Of a stretch of DNA of 64,000 bases, positions 41,073 through 56,761 are shown piece by piece (within the stretch, counting starts at the first letter, position 1; each line of letters opens with the position of its first letter). The DNA is from Eledone cirrhosa (Eukaryota): the NCBI GenBank assembly GCA_964016885.1, contig OZ024743.1:179552001-179616000 (forward strand). Reading direction: 5' to 3'. Made by a program: the position numbers and the translations under genes. The notes under the pieces were generated by a model, which saw nothing but the letters and a program-made list of their open reading frames with translations, had not been told where the DNA came from and did no database searches.

Positions 41073-41984
41073 TCTAATGATAATAGTAATATAACATCCC
41101 AACAATGACAGCTTCTAGTGATGCGAGTATGTTTTAGTTGTATATCTGATGTTACTGTCGATGGTATTCCGTTCTTCATTTCACCAAATTTTACTAGGTA
41201 GAAATAGCATTACGCCTGAAGTGTTAAACATGTCTGACTTAAATTATACTCATCAAATACTTTATATCCCTTTATCAAATAGTTTTAGACGAGTAATAGG
41301 TAGAGAGAGCTAGGAAGGAGGATAATAAATATTGGAGAGGAATAGTAGGTATAACTGCTTCAGTAAGTTAAGTAATCTCTGCTGATGCAGCGAAATGAAA
41401 TATTCTTAATAGCGAGCTTAATTTAATAAAATACATCGATAAACTGCTGAAAACATTCCTCCAACTAACAGATATCAATAATGAGACGTCTAATGCAATG
41501 CCACTGCAATAGCAGATACATCAATTTCAATGGCAAAATGTGTATTACATAACCTCTAACGCCATTGGATGAGAAAATGCTGGTATCAGATAACAATTCT
41601 CGTGATATGTTATCTTATGTCTGGTTCATCACTATTCGAATCTTCCTGTATATATATGTAATAAACTGTGTTCCTCATAAAACGCATTCTCATATCCTAC
41701 CGATATTTATCGCCATTTATAAACGGTATGACAGATTTCCTTTCCAGGGTAATCTGTATTCTGCTACATACGGAGATGTAGTTTAATATAATTTTATTGT
41801 ATGCTAATTGTATTTTCACCTGGCATAAATTCCTTGGTGTTTATTATAAGGATATATACTACAAAAATAATCATGTATTTTTGGAGAACTTTAATATATA
41901 TAAATATATTTATGAGTATCTATATTCAACGTGCGGCAACTGTGTTGAGAGCTAAACCTCCTATATCAAATCTATAAGTATCAT

Positions 41985-42450
41985 GTATTGGCAAATAAAT
42001 TCAATTCATATTTCTCTACACTATACCCTATAATATAGATTTGGTAAATTAACTTGATCCATACTTCTCTACACTCTAGATTATACAATAGATTTGGCAA
42101 ATATATTTGATCTATATTTCTCTACACTATACACTATTGAATGCATATTTATGTACACTATAACCTACACAATAGATTTGGTAAATTAACTTGATCTATA
42201 TTCTCTACATTATACAATAGATTTGATGAATTAACTTGATCTATACTTCTCTACACTATATAATTGATATACCAAATTAATTTGTTCGACAATTCGCTAC
42301 ACTATACACTATAGAATAGATTCGGCAAATTAATTTGATCTATACTTCTCTACATTATACAATAGATTTGGTAAATTAACTTGATCTATACTTCTCTACA
42401 CTATACAATATATTTGGCAAATTAATTTGATCTATACTTCTCTATACTAA
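41985..42450. repeat. ~46-bp minisatellite with variable units
   Basis: AATAGATTTGGTAAATTAACTTGATCTATACTTCTCTACACTATAC repeated about 8-9 times. Confidence 0.92.
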
Positions 42451-43754
42451 ACGCAGGAAAGTGAAAATGTGACATCTTGAATCAAATTAGCTAAGTAAAT
42501 AACGAATTGTATCCTTAGTTCATGGATCAGAAAATAGAAGAATTTAAACTACTATTGTTTTTTGGAATAGTAATATCAGCCCAAACTCATTTTGTTTTAA
42601 TGCTAATTGCAATGTAAGCTCAAAATGTTTGTTATTGCCAAAATCCCAAAGAACAATTCGCAATTCAAACAGTATTGAATTTAAAATGCAATGGATGTAA
42701 CCTAAATACTTCAAACTAATAAAAGCGAAAGACTTACTTTTCCAAATCGTAAATGTAATTTTTCGTAACTACATGACCTGCTAGAAATAGCAACCAGACC
42801 TCCATCAAAGTTCACTCTCTGATATGTCAAGTAAGAAATACCACATTCGAAACAATACAGGGTGGTGAAAATAGGATCATAAATCTGTTCTAATTCCATT
42901 CACCTGAGTCTTAACAACAATAATAATTCAGCAACATATTGAGCATATGGCGGCGAATTGGCAAGGTCGTTAGAACGTCAGACAGTGCTTTACGGTATTC
43001 CTTCCGGCTCTCTGCTTTCTGAGTTCAAATGTCGCCGAGGTTAACTTTGCTTTTATTTCATTCGAGGTCGATTAGAAAGTACCAGTCTATTACTAAGATC
43101 GATTCTTCCTCTATATCTCTTTCTCACTTCCTCTCTCTCACTCTCTATCCTCTCTTGCACAATATCTGCTCTATTCAGGCCTCGATAGGGGATGAGTTCC
43201 GTAATAATTAAAAATACGTTCAGGTGTTACAGCTCCATAACATACCATGTAATGAGCAATACTGAAACGGGACTGAAAAGCAATTTCTTCTAAAACAAAA
43301 ATTGATTATTACAAAAGTCACGTAAAGATGTATTCGACTACTGTATATATGTACGAAATCGTACAGCACTGAATTGAGAATTGAATCATTGAACGACATC
43401 ACTGAAAACAACGTTAAATTATTTATTGCACAGCTCATGGCTAGAGACGTTTATACAACTAATCTGAGCTAATAGTGTAACATGGCAATTCAACTTCCGC
43501 TGTCGCCAAGTACAGGAAATTCACAATCAAAGAGTTTGAGATTTCTTACCATTTTGTAAAGATACAAAAAATAAGTTGCCTTACAGAGAACTGTTAATCT
43601 TATTTTTATCTATAATGTAGTTTTATCGCACATTTTACAGTTTTGAGGTCTCTATTTTTATTTTACAACGCACAGTTATATCAAACACTTTCTTTTCCAT
43701 TACATTACTTTATATATGTTGTGTGTGTGTGTGTGTGTGCATACACACTCTCTG

Positions 43755-43793
<39 letters not shown>

Positions 43794-43843
43794 TATATAT
43801 ATATATAAGTACACACACGCACACGCATAATATATATAATATA

Positions 43844-43917
<74 letters not shown>

Positions 43918-43936
43918 TGTAACATGCATATATATG

Positions 43937-44004
<68 letters not shown>

Positions 44005-44761
44005 CTACAATCTAAGTTCTTTTATTCTACAAAAGTATCGACTTACTTGTGAGATTTGCTATTATATATATTTTTCCATTCTCTATTCACACGTTATTTA
44101 AGTTGCAAGAATATAATTCCTATAATATACACTCTCATATGGGTGTATGTATACAGACTCAAGCAGCACACATATATACACACCAACACACACAGGAACT
44201 CACATAAACCCACAAACACACAATGTCACACAGGCAAGAACACATATGCACACGCGAACACACGTGCGATGGTTTAAATATATACATACATTAAGATGCT
44301 TACATATAAATGTATATTCAAAACCATATATATGTGTGTGAGTGCATGTGTGGAGGTGTATTTTTGTGTGTAACCTCTAAAGTATAGACGGTCGTCGACA
44401 GAGGTTTTGAGAAATGATTTTTTGCCAAGTTTTTTTCTACTTTTTCACACTATATCAAACACCAGTTGTAGTAACGCTTCCCATATTTTTTCTTTACCAA
44501 TCCCAGTATATTTTATATTTTCACCTGCTTCTTCCATCCTTCCAGAAAAGTATTAAGCTCCATAACAATCCCATTAATGCGTTAGGTGGAGTTTGCTCTT
44601 AAAATCCGTTGCACATTGCATATTTGTACTTTTATCTATATTTCTAAATGTATATTTTGTGTTTTGGTATAGATTTAACTAGCAACAGGTTTCGGATTAA
44701 CCATATTTCTGCTTAGAAATAACTACATGAGTGCATCAAAGGTATATGATACGTTATTCAA

Positions 44762-44860
<99 letters not shown>

Positions 44861-45026
44861 TATATATATACACACAAATACATATATATATGAATACTAT
44901 GCATGTACGTAGTAAATCTTTCAGTTTTTTTTCCTTTAATAATCACTGAAATGGTAAGACTGTTTCCGATTTCAAAAGGCCTTAGACTAACATATATCAT
45001 TACTACTGTGCTCATCATGATTTTTG

Positions 45027-45076
<50 letters not shown>

Positions 45077-45103
45077 ATATATATATAAGTACACACACAC
45101 GCG

Positions 45104-45142
<39 letters not shown>

Positions 45143-45343
45143 GTAGAGGTTATATTTAATTTGTTGGGATACAACAAGCAAAATATTTTTATAACTGATG
45201 TAAAGCACTCAACAAATTATTGGAGTAAATACAATATATCAATAAATGGAAACTATATTTATAAAACCATATTTAATTCATTATACATATTTCAAGGGCC
45301 ACCAAAGCAGATTTTGGTGCACTTTCATTAGATAAAATATAAT

Positions 45344-45516
45344 TATTTCTACTTTAGGTACAAGACCAGCAATGACCCAGTGCATTACTGGTACTTTATT
45401 TTATCGACCCCGTAAGGATGAAAGGCAACGTCAACCTCGGCGGGATTTGAACTCAGATCGTAAAGGGATATAACTATGCTGGAAAGCATGGCGTCCGACC
45501 CTCTACCGATACTGCC
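45344..45516 (-). mobile_element. SINE nested in the left arm, 10-bp TSD
   Basis: AAAATATAAT at 45334-45343 and 45517-45526; the right arm shows the empty site. Confidence 0.9.
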
Positions 45517-45642
45517 AAAATATAATATAGATTAGTTTTATAAATAAATATTGACATACCCTGAAAAAATGCAACCTTCAACGGTGAACGTTGCATTTTT
45601 TCAGGGTATGTCAATATTTATTTATAAAACTAATCTATATTA

Positions 45643-45708
45643 TATTTTATCTGATGAAAGCGCACCATAATCTGCTTTGGTGGCCCTTGAAATATATATA
45701 ATGAAATA
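45643..45708 (+). ncRNA. Type I hammerhead ribozyme motif
   Basis: TATTTTAT-CTGATGA-AAGCG CACCA...TGGTG GCCCTT-GAAA TATATATA-ATGAAATA. The left-arm copy has CTAATGA. Confidence 0.8.
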
Positions 45709-45746
45709 AATATGGTTTTATAAATATAGTTTTCATTTGTTAATAT

Positions 45747-47392
<1,646 letters not shown>

Positions 47393-47494
47393 CAAGAAAG
47401 TAAGTGTTGGTAAAATCCAGTACTTCAGTATTTTTGAAGAGTATTTTTGAAGAGATTTTTTTCAGTGAGATCTAATATCATTAATTTATTTACA

Positions 47495-47664
47495 GTACGG
47501 TGGATTGGCAGTATCGGTAGAGGGTCGGACGCCATGCTTTGACGCATAGAGTTACGGCCCTTGCCATTCTGAGTTCAATTTGCCTTTCATCCTTACGGGG
47601 TCGATAAAATAAAGTACCAGTAATGCACTGGGTAATTGCTGGCCTTGTGCCAAAAGTAGAAACA
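47495..47664 (+). mobile_element. SINE with 15-bp TSD
   Basis: ATTAATTTATTTACA at 47480-47494 and 47665-47679. Confidence 0.9.
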
Positions 47665-47737
47665 ATTAATTTATTTACAATACCGGTTTCAGAATTACAT
47701 GCATTGTCAATTGCTGATATGCAAAATATTTGTACAA

Positions 47738-47768
<31 letters not shown>

Positions 47769-48370
47769 TGAAGAAAATGAAAATAAAAAGTGGAAGAAAA
47801 ATTGATTTTCACATACATGTTCATTGAGAGGAGATAGGTAATTTCTCTGTCCATCCTACTCTGCTTATAGCTTGGTTGTGACAGCTAGTAAGAGGGAGTA
47901 GAGGAAGGTGAGGAGAGGAGAAGAGGAAGGAGGAGTGTTGGCAGACTGCTGTTAGAAGCCCTTTGAGGAGTGGGTACAAGTTCCAGCTGGGATTGGTTTG
48001 AAAGGCCGGGTGACCCTAGAGTTGATTGCTTCTAAAAATATCTATCTTGCTATTTTTTCTTAGAAGAAATCATCAACATTGACCTTGTTTTTTTTTTGCC
48101 ACAAAGAAGTTTAAGAGTTATTGAGATACTAATTCCCTCACTAGCAGAAATTTCAGATTTAGGGGAATGGAGGAAATGTTTGCCACAAAAGGGGGTTCAG
48201 AGCCACTGGACTACCTGTTCTATCTTCAGCAGAAACTTCCAGTTTCAGGGGAATGTAAAGCATTTAGTTTGACACCTGAATGCTTCCATTTATCCGATTA
48301 CCTTCGTGGAAGCCCTCCAATGCTAGCTGGTTTGGGTGTTTCTATGTGGTTGCTTGGTCTGCATTATATC

Positions 48371-48555
48371 GGTGGATTGGCAGTATCGGTAGAGTGTCAG
48401 ACGCCATGCTTTGCAACAAAGAATTACGGGCCTTTATGGTCTGAATTCAAATCCCGCCGAGGTTAACTTTGCCTTTCATCCTTACGGGGTCGATAAAATA
48501 AAGTACCAGTAATACACTGGGATAATTGCCGGCCGTGTTCCAAAAGTACAAACAA
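48371..48555 (+). mobile_element. tRNA-headed SINE
   Basis: GGTGGATTGGCAGTATCGGTAGAG...GAATTCAAATCCCGCCGAGG...core. Confidence 0.9.
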
Positions 48556-48601
48556 TTATATATTGTCAGAGGTTGCTGGAATCTTGGAGAAGGATACATT
48601 G

Positions 48602-50040
48602 CTAAAGGGTTAATTTCAGGGTTTCTGATACACATGTGGAATTGAGTTTAATTGTGAATTGTTGTCCTTGTTTGGAGTGGAACTCCGATCCCTCTATTAG
48701 ATTGGTACATATACTACAGTTGGGTCTTCCGCATTTTTTTACTGTAGGGTTCATTGAGTGGGTCGGCTGGACTTTGGCCTGTGTAAGGATCTTTTTTATT
48801 GATTTGGGTTGTCTTTTGCTCTTTATGATATCGCGCGTTTGGAGGATTTGATTCATTCTTAGGTCTCTTTTTAGTAAGGGTATGTTCTGGGGTATGGTGT
48901 CGAATGCCTCATTGTTAAGGGGGTTGTGTGTGGAAATGTATGGTAGAGTTTTCAGTGTTGATTCGTTCGTTGGTTTGGGGTGTCTAAATTCCTGGATGTT
49001 GAGTTTTAGGGCATGTTGTATTCCATTGTTGATTAGGGATGGTGGGTAATTCCTGCTAATAAGTGTGTTCTTTAATTCTTCTAGTCGTGGGTTTATAGTA
49101 TATGTCTGTTTCTATTTTGTTGTTGGTTTTCTTGATAAGGATGTCTAGGAACATGGCTGTTGTTCATGGCTGTATTCCATTTTAAATTGAATGTTTGTGT
49201 TGAGCCCATTTAGAACGTCTTTCTATACTTTCATGTCAGAGGATGAAGCAATCATCCAGATATCTCTTCCAGTTTTTTCTATGTGGAGGTAGAAGGGGTT
49301 TCCGTATTTATCTAGTACTTTTCGGTAGAGGGTGATTTCCAAGTATCCCATAACAAGGTTGGCGTAAGAGGGGGTCGTTTTCGTGCCCATGGCAATGCCA
49401 GATTTCTGTCTGTAGAATTTGGTATCTGATTCAAAGTAGTTATTCTCCAAGATAAATTTGAGCCCTTCCATTACGAATTCTTTTGTCATGCGGTATGGTA
49501 GTTCATTGGGTAATTTTCTAACCAGAATTGGATTGCCTCTATTCCTATGTTGTGTGGGATATTGGAATAAAGGTTGACTACATCAAAAGACACTAGTAGG
49601 GTATGTTCATTATTAAGTGTTTTGGGGAGATTGAGCATATCAAGGTCGTCCCTTATGTAGCTTTTAATGTGTTTCAGGAATGGTTTTAACAGGATATCTA
49701 GGAAGTTGCTGAGGCGGTGGGTTTCACAAGCGTGACGTCTTAATTTGAGGTCATTGGGTGAGGGGACATTGATGAATATGTCTGTAGCTTCCTTGCATAC
49801 CTTACTTATTTTTTCGCTTTTGTGTATCTTAAGGATACTGTAGAAAAGGCAGGGTTTGCTTTTGATGTCAGTGATATAGTTGTATTCCTTGTCGGTAAGT
49901 CCTTCTCTGTAAAGGGTTGTTAGAGTGTTTAGGTTTCTCATTATTCTCTGTTGGTTGTAGTGTTGAGCCTTTTCGTAGTATGTTCCGTCTTCTAAGGATA
50001 AGAGTACTAGGGTTGTATAATATTCTGTCTCCATAAGGAC
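48602..50040 (-). pseudogene. Decayed Penelope-like reverse transcriptase with Cys linker, truncated before the GIY-YIG domain
   Basis: LKIHK, SFDVVNLYSNIP, FILENNYF, QKSGIAMGT, RYLDDCF (alternate frame), KCGRPNCSICTNL; frameshifted. Confidence 0.9.
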
Positions 50041-50058
50041 TATATATATATATATACA

Positions 50059-50250
50059 TATTTAGTATAGACATAGTTTCTTCGGGGGTAGAACTGTTTC
50101 ATTCGGGAGAAATCATCAGGAGAGCCATAGTCTTTCCTGATGATTTTTCCCGAATGAAACAGTTCTAGTCCTGTAGAAGCCATTTCTATATTAAATATTT
50201 ATACTCTGGTATGTATTGAGTACCTTACTTACTGTGGTTATCCCCACTGA
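50059..50250 (+). mobile_element. Miniature palindrome (50059-50197) of two back-to-back HHR-like cores plus tail hairpin
   Basis: TAGAACTGTTTCATTCGGGAGAAATCATCAGGAGAG-ccatagt-CTTTCCTGATGATTTTTCCCGAATGAAACAGTTCTA; ACTC..GAGT at 50203-50221. Confidence 0.7.
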
Positions 50251-50269
50251 ACTCGGGATAAACATGTTG

Positions 50270-51390
50270 AAGATTTGAGGAACTACAGGCCACAGGCCAT
50301 TGCAATATCTGCTGCTTATTCTAGATGTGAAAGATTGGACCTTTGCCACCACACAATAACGTCCTTTTCGGGGGTTGGTTCAGCTCTCAATGCCAAAGTT
50401 TGGTGCTAGGCCCTCCGGGATTTTCCATATGTATATAACTGAGTATCTCGTCCGTCTTCAGCAGAGTTTCAGTTCTTTTAGCCTCTCCCAGTAGCTCATC
50501 TCCTTCATCGTGGCAATCCTCTTGGTGTAACTTCATGGATTGCCTCAAGCTCCATGGTTATTTTGATACTATGGGGTGACCATAGTTGGGAGCAATAGTG
50601 CAGGTGGCTTAGGACAAATGTCCTCCATACTATCAACATGGTCTCTTGGTCTCTTGTCCGGAAAGTGGTCAAGATACAGCCAGCGATTCGTCTGCACTTT
50701 GTTGCCACCCTCATGATATGTGACGAAAAAGATGCATCGTCGCTCATGTCTATCCCCAGGTCTCGTATCGATTTCAACACGGGGATTTCGATACCACCTG
50801 GTCCAGTGAAGCTGTGTTGTACTGTCTTTGTGTTAGCAGGTTGGTATTGTAAGACCTGAAAGTTTCTAGCGTTAAACTGCATATTGTTGTCCTCAACGAA
50901 TTTTTATATGGCATCCAGATCTGATTATAAAAGCGCAGCATCAGCCAGGCTTTTGATTGCCTATGCTACCTTTGTGTCATCAGCATAGCTAGTGAGGGAT
51001 GTTGTATTTACTATCTGAGAGAGCCACCAAAAACAGAGGTAGTCCAAGACTGTGCCCTGTAGCACCCCGCTTGTTAATTATGTTTCCTTTGAGAGGGCCC
51101 CATTCGCTGCAACTGTCTGGCTTCTGTCTTTTAAGAAATCATGCAGTCACTCACCTACTTTTCCAGTGATGATGCTGTACAGCAGTTGTTTCAGTACCCA
51201 GTCATAGTGTTGTAACAGCTGTGCAAGGTAGGTTCTTCCTGCTGCGTGCTAGTTAGGCGGTTATTTTCCTCGAGGAACATGATCTTTTTCTTTCTGATGA
51301 TTCGTTCCATGACCTTACTGTTATATGACGTCAAGGAGACTGGCCAGTAGTTTTAGGCCTCCGCGCTGCTTCCTCCTTTATGGATAGGGA
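50270..51390 (-). pseudogene. CR1-group LINE RT fragment
   Basis: GVLQGTVLG, SYADDTK, MQFN, RDLGI, HYCSQLWSP, LEAI; internal deletions and stops. Confidence 0.88.
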
Positions 51391-51457
51391 ACTTCTGAAG
51401 TGGATCTATATATATATATAACATATATATATATATATATATAAATATATATATATA

Positions 51458-52142
51458 TTGTTATACTTTGGGAGGGTCATGTTGCCAATAAGAAATACAC
51501 GCACCAGTTGCTTTCACTCCAATTTATTATAAATTAAATATAAATTATTAAAAAAAAAATTTCTGGTTGGTTGGTTCCACAACCGGACGGTTGTTCATAT
51601 ATTGTCAACGTTCTTTCGTCACACATTCTGTGACCTCTTCAGTCACTGGGGATTATTTTCTTTGTTTTGTGCCTCTCCTTTGTTTTGTCCTACGCCATCT
51701 TGTTTTTGTGTGTGTTGTGTGCTTAGATTGCGCATCTGTTACATCCGGGTGTCTGTGTGTGTTTTTATTTGTTTATTTACATGTTACTAGTTGTTTGTTT
51801 GTTCTATGTGTGTGTGTTTTCATTTTGTCCTTAATTGTAAGTTGTGATGTTGCTATTTCATTCATGTTTTCTATTTAATTTTGGTTGGAGTTCATTTATG
51901 TTTATTGCCTCTGTGATTTGTCTAAACATTGCGTCTTTTCTGTGTGTAGATTTTATTTTTATTTCTATGTTGTGGAACCAACCAACCAACCGGAAATTTT
52001 TTTTTTTATTTATAATAAATTGGAGTGAAGCAACTGGTGCGTGTGTTTCTTATCGGCAACGTGACCCTCCCAAAGTATAACAACATTGGTTTCAACACAC
52101 GTTTTCAGATAAAGAATCTTGCTAAACAAATTCAGAAACGAA
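51458..52142 (+). mobile_element. Fold-back element in (TA)n; arms 51458-51582 / ~51969-52083 plus ~60-bp tail
   Basis: Inverted arms seen directly; no intact HHR core recognised. Confidence 0.75.
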
Positions 52143-52509
52143 ATATATATATATATATATATGATATTCAAAACAACGGTGGGCACGTTTCGCACCTTTC
52201 CGAGAGACACCCCCCCCCCCCCTCCCCCGAAAAAAACCCAGTTGATGGATGTGAATCCGAAATATATAGGGACAAATAAATATCTCCCAAGGTAACTCTT
52301 TCTCGTGTTGTTATTTTTATTTTTATCCTTTACGCTCATTCTTTCATTCCTCTACACGCATCTCAACGCACACCCACTTACATCTCTCTCTCCACCACCG
52401 GATCTTGTTACCCGGAGATTTACCCATCTGCATTGTCGAGGCTTCCACACGACTTAATATTCCACAATGCTTATTATTCCACAATGCTTCAAGCAAACTT
52501 CAATACTCT

Positions 52510-52594
<85 letters not shown>

Positions 52595-53764
52595 CATGTA
52601 TATTCACAGTCCATCTAGTGGTTAAATTGCTACTACCATCAATAATTCACTGAATCACTTTCACTATATATATAATATATTATTATGTTCCATCACCTTA
52701 TTATTAATACTTAATGTTTTTCTTAACATATTAACAATTCGTTTGTTAAAAGCGATTGTCACTAAATGATTAATTGCTTTTCAAGTGTGGACCAAATCCG
52801 ATTGAATACGAAAGATGTTAATTAAAGCAGAGTATATTCGACAAATGTGTGTTTGTGTGTTTCAGTTTTCTCACTAGAAGATTAGTGTAGGTTATTTCAC
52901 CATCTCAATTAGTATGTAGTAAAGACAGATCTTTGAAATATTTCTACTTAATTTGATAATTCCATCAAACATACAGAGATCAAAAAGTGACTAAAAATAA
53001 AGTAACATTTATTGACGTCTTGCTCATAAAATCTATCAATTGAAAGTGTTTATATATATATATATGTATGTGTGTGTGTGCGCGCGTATGAGAGTGTGTG
53101 TGTATACGTGTATACATACATATATACATATACAACAAATACACCAAAGTCAACGAGTAAAAACAACAAAAAAAAACAGTACGCTACAGTGATAATATAT
53201 ATTAGTTTAACGCTTGTTACTGAATGTTAACGGTTCAAATGTTAGCCCTTCATCGAAATTAGCTGACGTTACATCGGGTCTGAATTGCTTTTCGAAATAT
53301 GCCTCAAATTCCCATTATCACATGCAAAATACCTGATATTTCCAGCAACAGTTATTCCATATTCTCTATTAGACTGGTGGCATCTTATCGAGAAATCTTT
53401 TTTGTCAATTATTTGAAATCACTATTCTAACTTTGAAGTGGTAAAGTCTGATTTTAAAATCCTTAATCTCATTTTGAATTTGAAAGAAATGACTTTGACC
53501 TGATATTTTCTCACACCAGAAATACAACTACATAGCTCAACTTAACTGGTTCACTCCATGATCTATAATATTATATTAATGTAACGGTCTATTATTGACA
53601 CCTTTATTCCATGAGTAAAATTAAATAGGTCTAGAAGAATAGCTTTGATGGACCGTATTCCTCAAAATTTTAAATGTGTTCTAACAAACTTCACAAATAC
53701 AATACATGTGTCCTTACTTTATACCTTCTGCAATATATTTTCATGGAACCATTGCAATTATATT

Positions 53765-54165
53765 CCGATGGATTGACACTATCAGCGAAGAGATATGACT
53801 CCTTGCGGTCTGATTTCAAATCCAGCCGAAGTTAGCTTTGCCTTTCATCCTTACAGGGTTGATAAAATAAAGAAACGCACTGGGATGGATTCAATCGACT
53901 ACCCCTCCCCAAAATTGTCGGCTTTGTGCCTAAATAAAACAACATTGTTTTCTAGAGGATTAACAGTATCGGGAGAGCGTCGGACAACATATTTTGTGGC
54001 ATATAGCTATGTGCCTTTACGTTCTAAGTTCAAATCCCGCTGAGATTAACTTCGATTTTCATCCTTACAGGATATATAACATAAGGTACCAGTAACACAC
54101 TGGGGTCAATTTAATTGAATTTCTCCTTCTCTACACGTACTTACCTTGTACCTAAATAAGAAACC
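53765..54165 (+). mobile_element. Two tandem diverged SINEs
   Basis: Two B-box + TTTCATCCTTACAGG cores. Confidence 0.8.
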
Positions 54166-54493
54166 ATTAATCTCACTCTTTGCAGTTGATTCACTACTGT
54201 ATATCAGTTTATTTGTTGTTTCATTTTATGAATGTTGAAATGAAGTTATCAATTTTCTTACTAGTTTGTCACGGTGAGAGATAATGACATATTAATTAGG
54301 CCAGTGCTCATTAGGCAGGGAATCTTGAAATCGCCTTCACTACGTACTAATTCTGTAAACAAACCTGTTCGTTTCTTCAGATAATCTTGAAGACCTTGTT
54401 TATATGCGGTTACAAAGATGCTGCATAAATAATGTCACTTATGGTTCCTGATGTTAGGACGTATGAATAAATATATGTGTGTGTTTATGTGTC

Positions 54494-54535
<42 letters not shown>

Positions 54536-54536
<1 letters not shown>

Positions 54537-54708
54537 GTACGTGGTTGAAGGGTGAGAGAAAAGACTTCTCAATACTGAATTAGAGTTTTAATATTCATTT
54601 TATTAAGGCTAAATCGTGATTCTTGTTACCTCGGAAGTTCGCCTGTTTATCACAGGTTATCAGACAAGTACTGTTCTTATCTGATGAGCCTGTGATAAAC
54701 AATATCTT

Positions 54709-54712
<4 letters not shown>
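54536..54712 (-). mobile_element. ~175-bp mini fold-back element between (TA)n with degenerate HHR (54622-54668)
   Basis: Minus: CTTGT-CTGATAA-CCTG TGATAAA CAGGC-GAAC TTCCGAG GTA-ACAAG; the inverted partial copy keeps CTGATGAGCCTG at 54681. Confidence 0.65.
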
Positions 54713-54767
<55 letters not shown>

Positions 54768-54769
<2 letters not shown>

Positions 54770-55496
54770 AGACTTCTATAAATCAATAAAAATAATATAT
54801 TAAAGTATACTAGGAAGAACAAACGACTAGGCAAAAAGTAAAGGTTAGAGGAGAAAGGTTTATTTAGAGTCTGTTCTTTAACATGTGTTTCAATGCAATA
54901 TCAGTCTACGTCGGCCAGTTGCCTTTAGGTCCGAGTAGAAAGGGGTTCGAAAATCCTTACTGCAAGATGCAGTAACCTCATCTTGAACTATGATCATTAT
55001 ACTCTTACTGATGATTGCAATATTTTATGTAATGCTTCTGATTGTGCATAAAAATATTCAATTAGCTCTCGTAGTCTGATATTGTATTGAAACTTATGTT
55101 AAAGAACCGACTCTAGATGAATCTTCCTCCTCTAACCTTCACATCTTGCCTAGTCGTTTGTTTTTCCTGGTTCTATAGCTTTAAATTTATAATTAATCCC
55201 TGATCTTCCACGTGGATACTGTACCTTGAACTCGCTATTTGGACTGTTACCGTACCTCCTGCAATGACCATGTCGAGGAAAATACTTTGGTAAGCAATTT
55301 TCCATATATAATTTGTTTGCTCATTGATTCGCACAAACGAATTTTAACCTAAACTCAGATCTAGCTGTCGAAACGGCTGGAGCTGAGCCGTCGGGATCAC
55401 GAATCTTTTCATATTACCCACTCTACTGCTCCAAGTAACGAGTACTCTGATGGGTTATGGTCTAGCTGGTTTTTACCACACCCTACCTGATACATT

Positions 55497-55497
<1 letters not shown>
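54768..55497 (+). mobile_element. (TA)n-flanked element with inverted arms ~54810-54904 / ~55076-55171, HHR-like motifs and tail
   Basis: CTGATGA at 55008, long stem II, GAAAC TTAT GTT at 55089; GAAACGGC..GCCGTC at ~55369-55392; 55350-55490 is homologous to 63060-63200 (-). Confidence 0.7.
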
Positions 55498-55545
<48 letters not shown>

Positions 55546-55555
55546 ATAATAATAT

Positions 55556-55591
<36 letters not shown>

Positions 55592-56761
55592 TGTTTCTAT
55601 TTTAGGCACAAGGCCAGCAATTATCCAGTACAATACTGGTACTTTATTTTATCGACCGCGTAAGGATGAAATAATAATAAATTTGAAGACTAAAATCCAA
55701 ACAGGGCTCGATAAGGATAAATATATATCAAATATATAAGAACCGTAGAGCAAATATTTATTAAAATAACAGATTAAAGTTTAAGCAAAGAATCGCTGCT
55801 TTCACCCTTAACGAGATCTTCTGAAACTAACAAAGTCAATCTGTAAACGCAGAACTGGATATTTCAAAAACCGTTGCAACCGGAGGAAGACAGGAAGACG
55901 ATACTTTGGTTCGTGGAAACGTTCCCTGTCAAAGAACGGGAAAAAAACGAATAAGATACGTGATTAATAGGAGCGGTGAAAAACAATTACGCGCAAAGAC
56001 AGAACCACGTTTATGGTATAAAAGAGGTCGTAGACTAATGTTCTCTTAGGTGGTGCATAGAGACGTTCTCTGGCAATGAACGAAAAAAACGAAGATAATA
56101 CGTCATATGTGGAGTGTGGATAACAATAGCACGCAAAGACAAAACCACGTAAATGGTATAGCAGAAGTCGTAGACTAAATTCTAACTAAGAGACCGAATG
56201 AATCTCCGCTACAGAGTTAAGAACAAAGTAAATAAATACAATACAGAAGTAACGGAAATAAATAAATACATACACGCAAACAAATACGTACATACACAAG
56301 CATACGCAAAAATTTACCATAGGTAAACAAAACCCCGCACATATAAATATGTGTGTGTGTGTAAGCGTGTATACCAATAAATAAATAATTATATAAACGT
56401 ATATAAATAAATAACTACGTATATAACAAGCGCGCACACATACCCACATGTAAATACACGAATGTTCGGAGACGTAAGTCAACCAAAACATGAAGTACAC
56501 ATATACACACGCCCTACATACGTACGAACCTGCATACTCACACAGACGCAAAACTCCCGTATACACATAGGCGAACCATATGTACCAGAATATATAAAAA
56601 CATTTTACGCCATAACAATCAGATATACGTACGAGAAGGTATACGTACCTTCACAAAACATACGGATAATATATACTTACCTATGCAAATAAGTAAATGT
56701 ATAAACAAAACATATACTTAGCTCCCACATCGAGACGTAAAATATCCACGTATAGATCGTA

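Noticed and set aside
37758-42450. Regular repeats as CRISPR-like arrays
   Set aside because: Contiguous tandem units with no unique spacers; eukaryotic context; no cas genes.
42738-42903. Candidate exon with CAG acceptor and GTAAGT donor
   Set aside because: Weak pyrimidine tract, no recognisable protein, and it contains a motif (CTGCT.GAAATAGCAACCA) also seen at ~20717, so it is probably a repeat.
48371-48460. tRNA genes
   Set aside because: The A/B boxes are SINE heads joined to the SINE core; no full cloverleaf.
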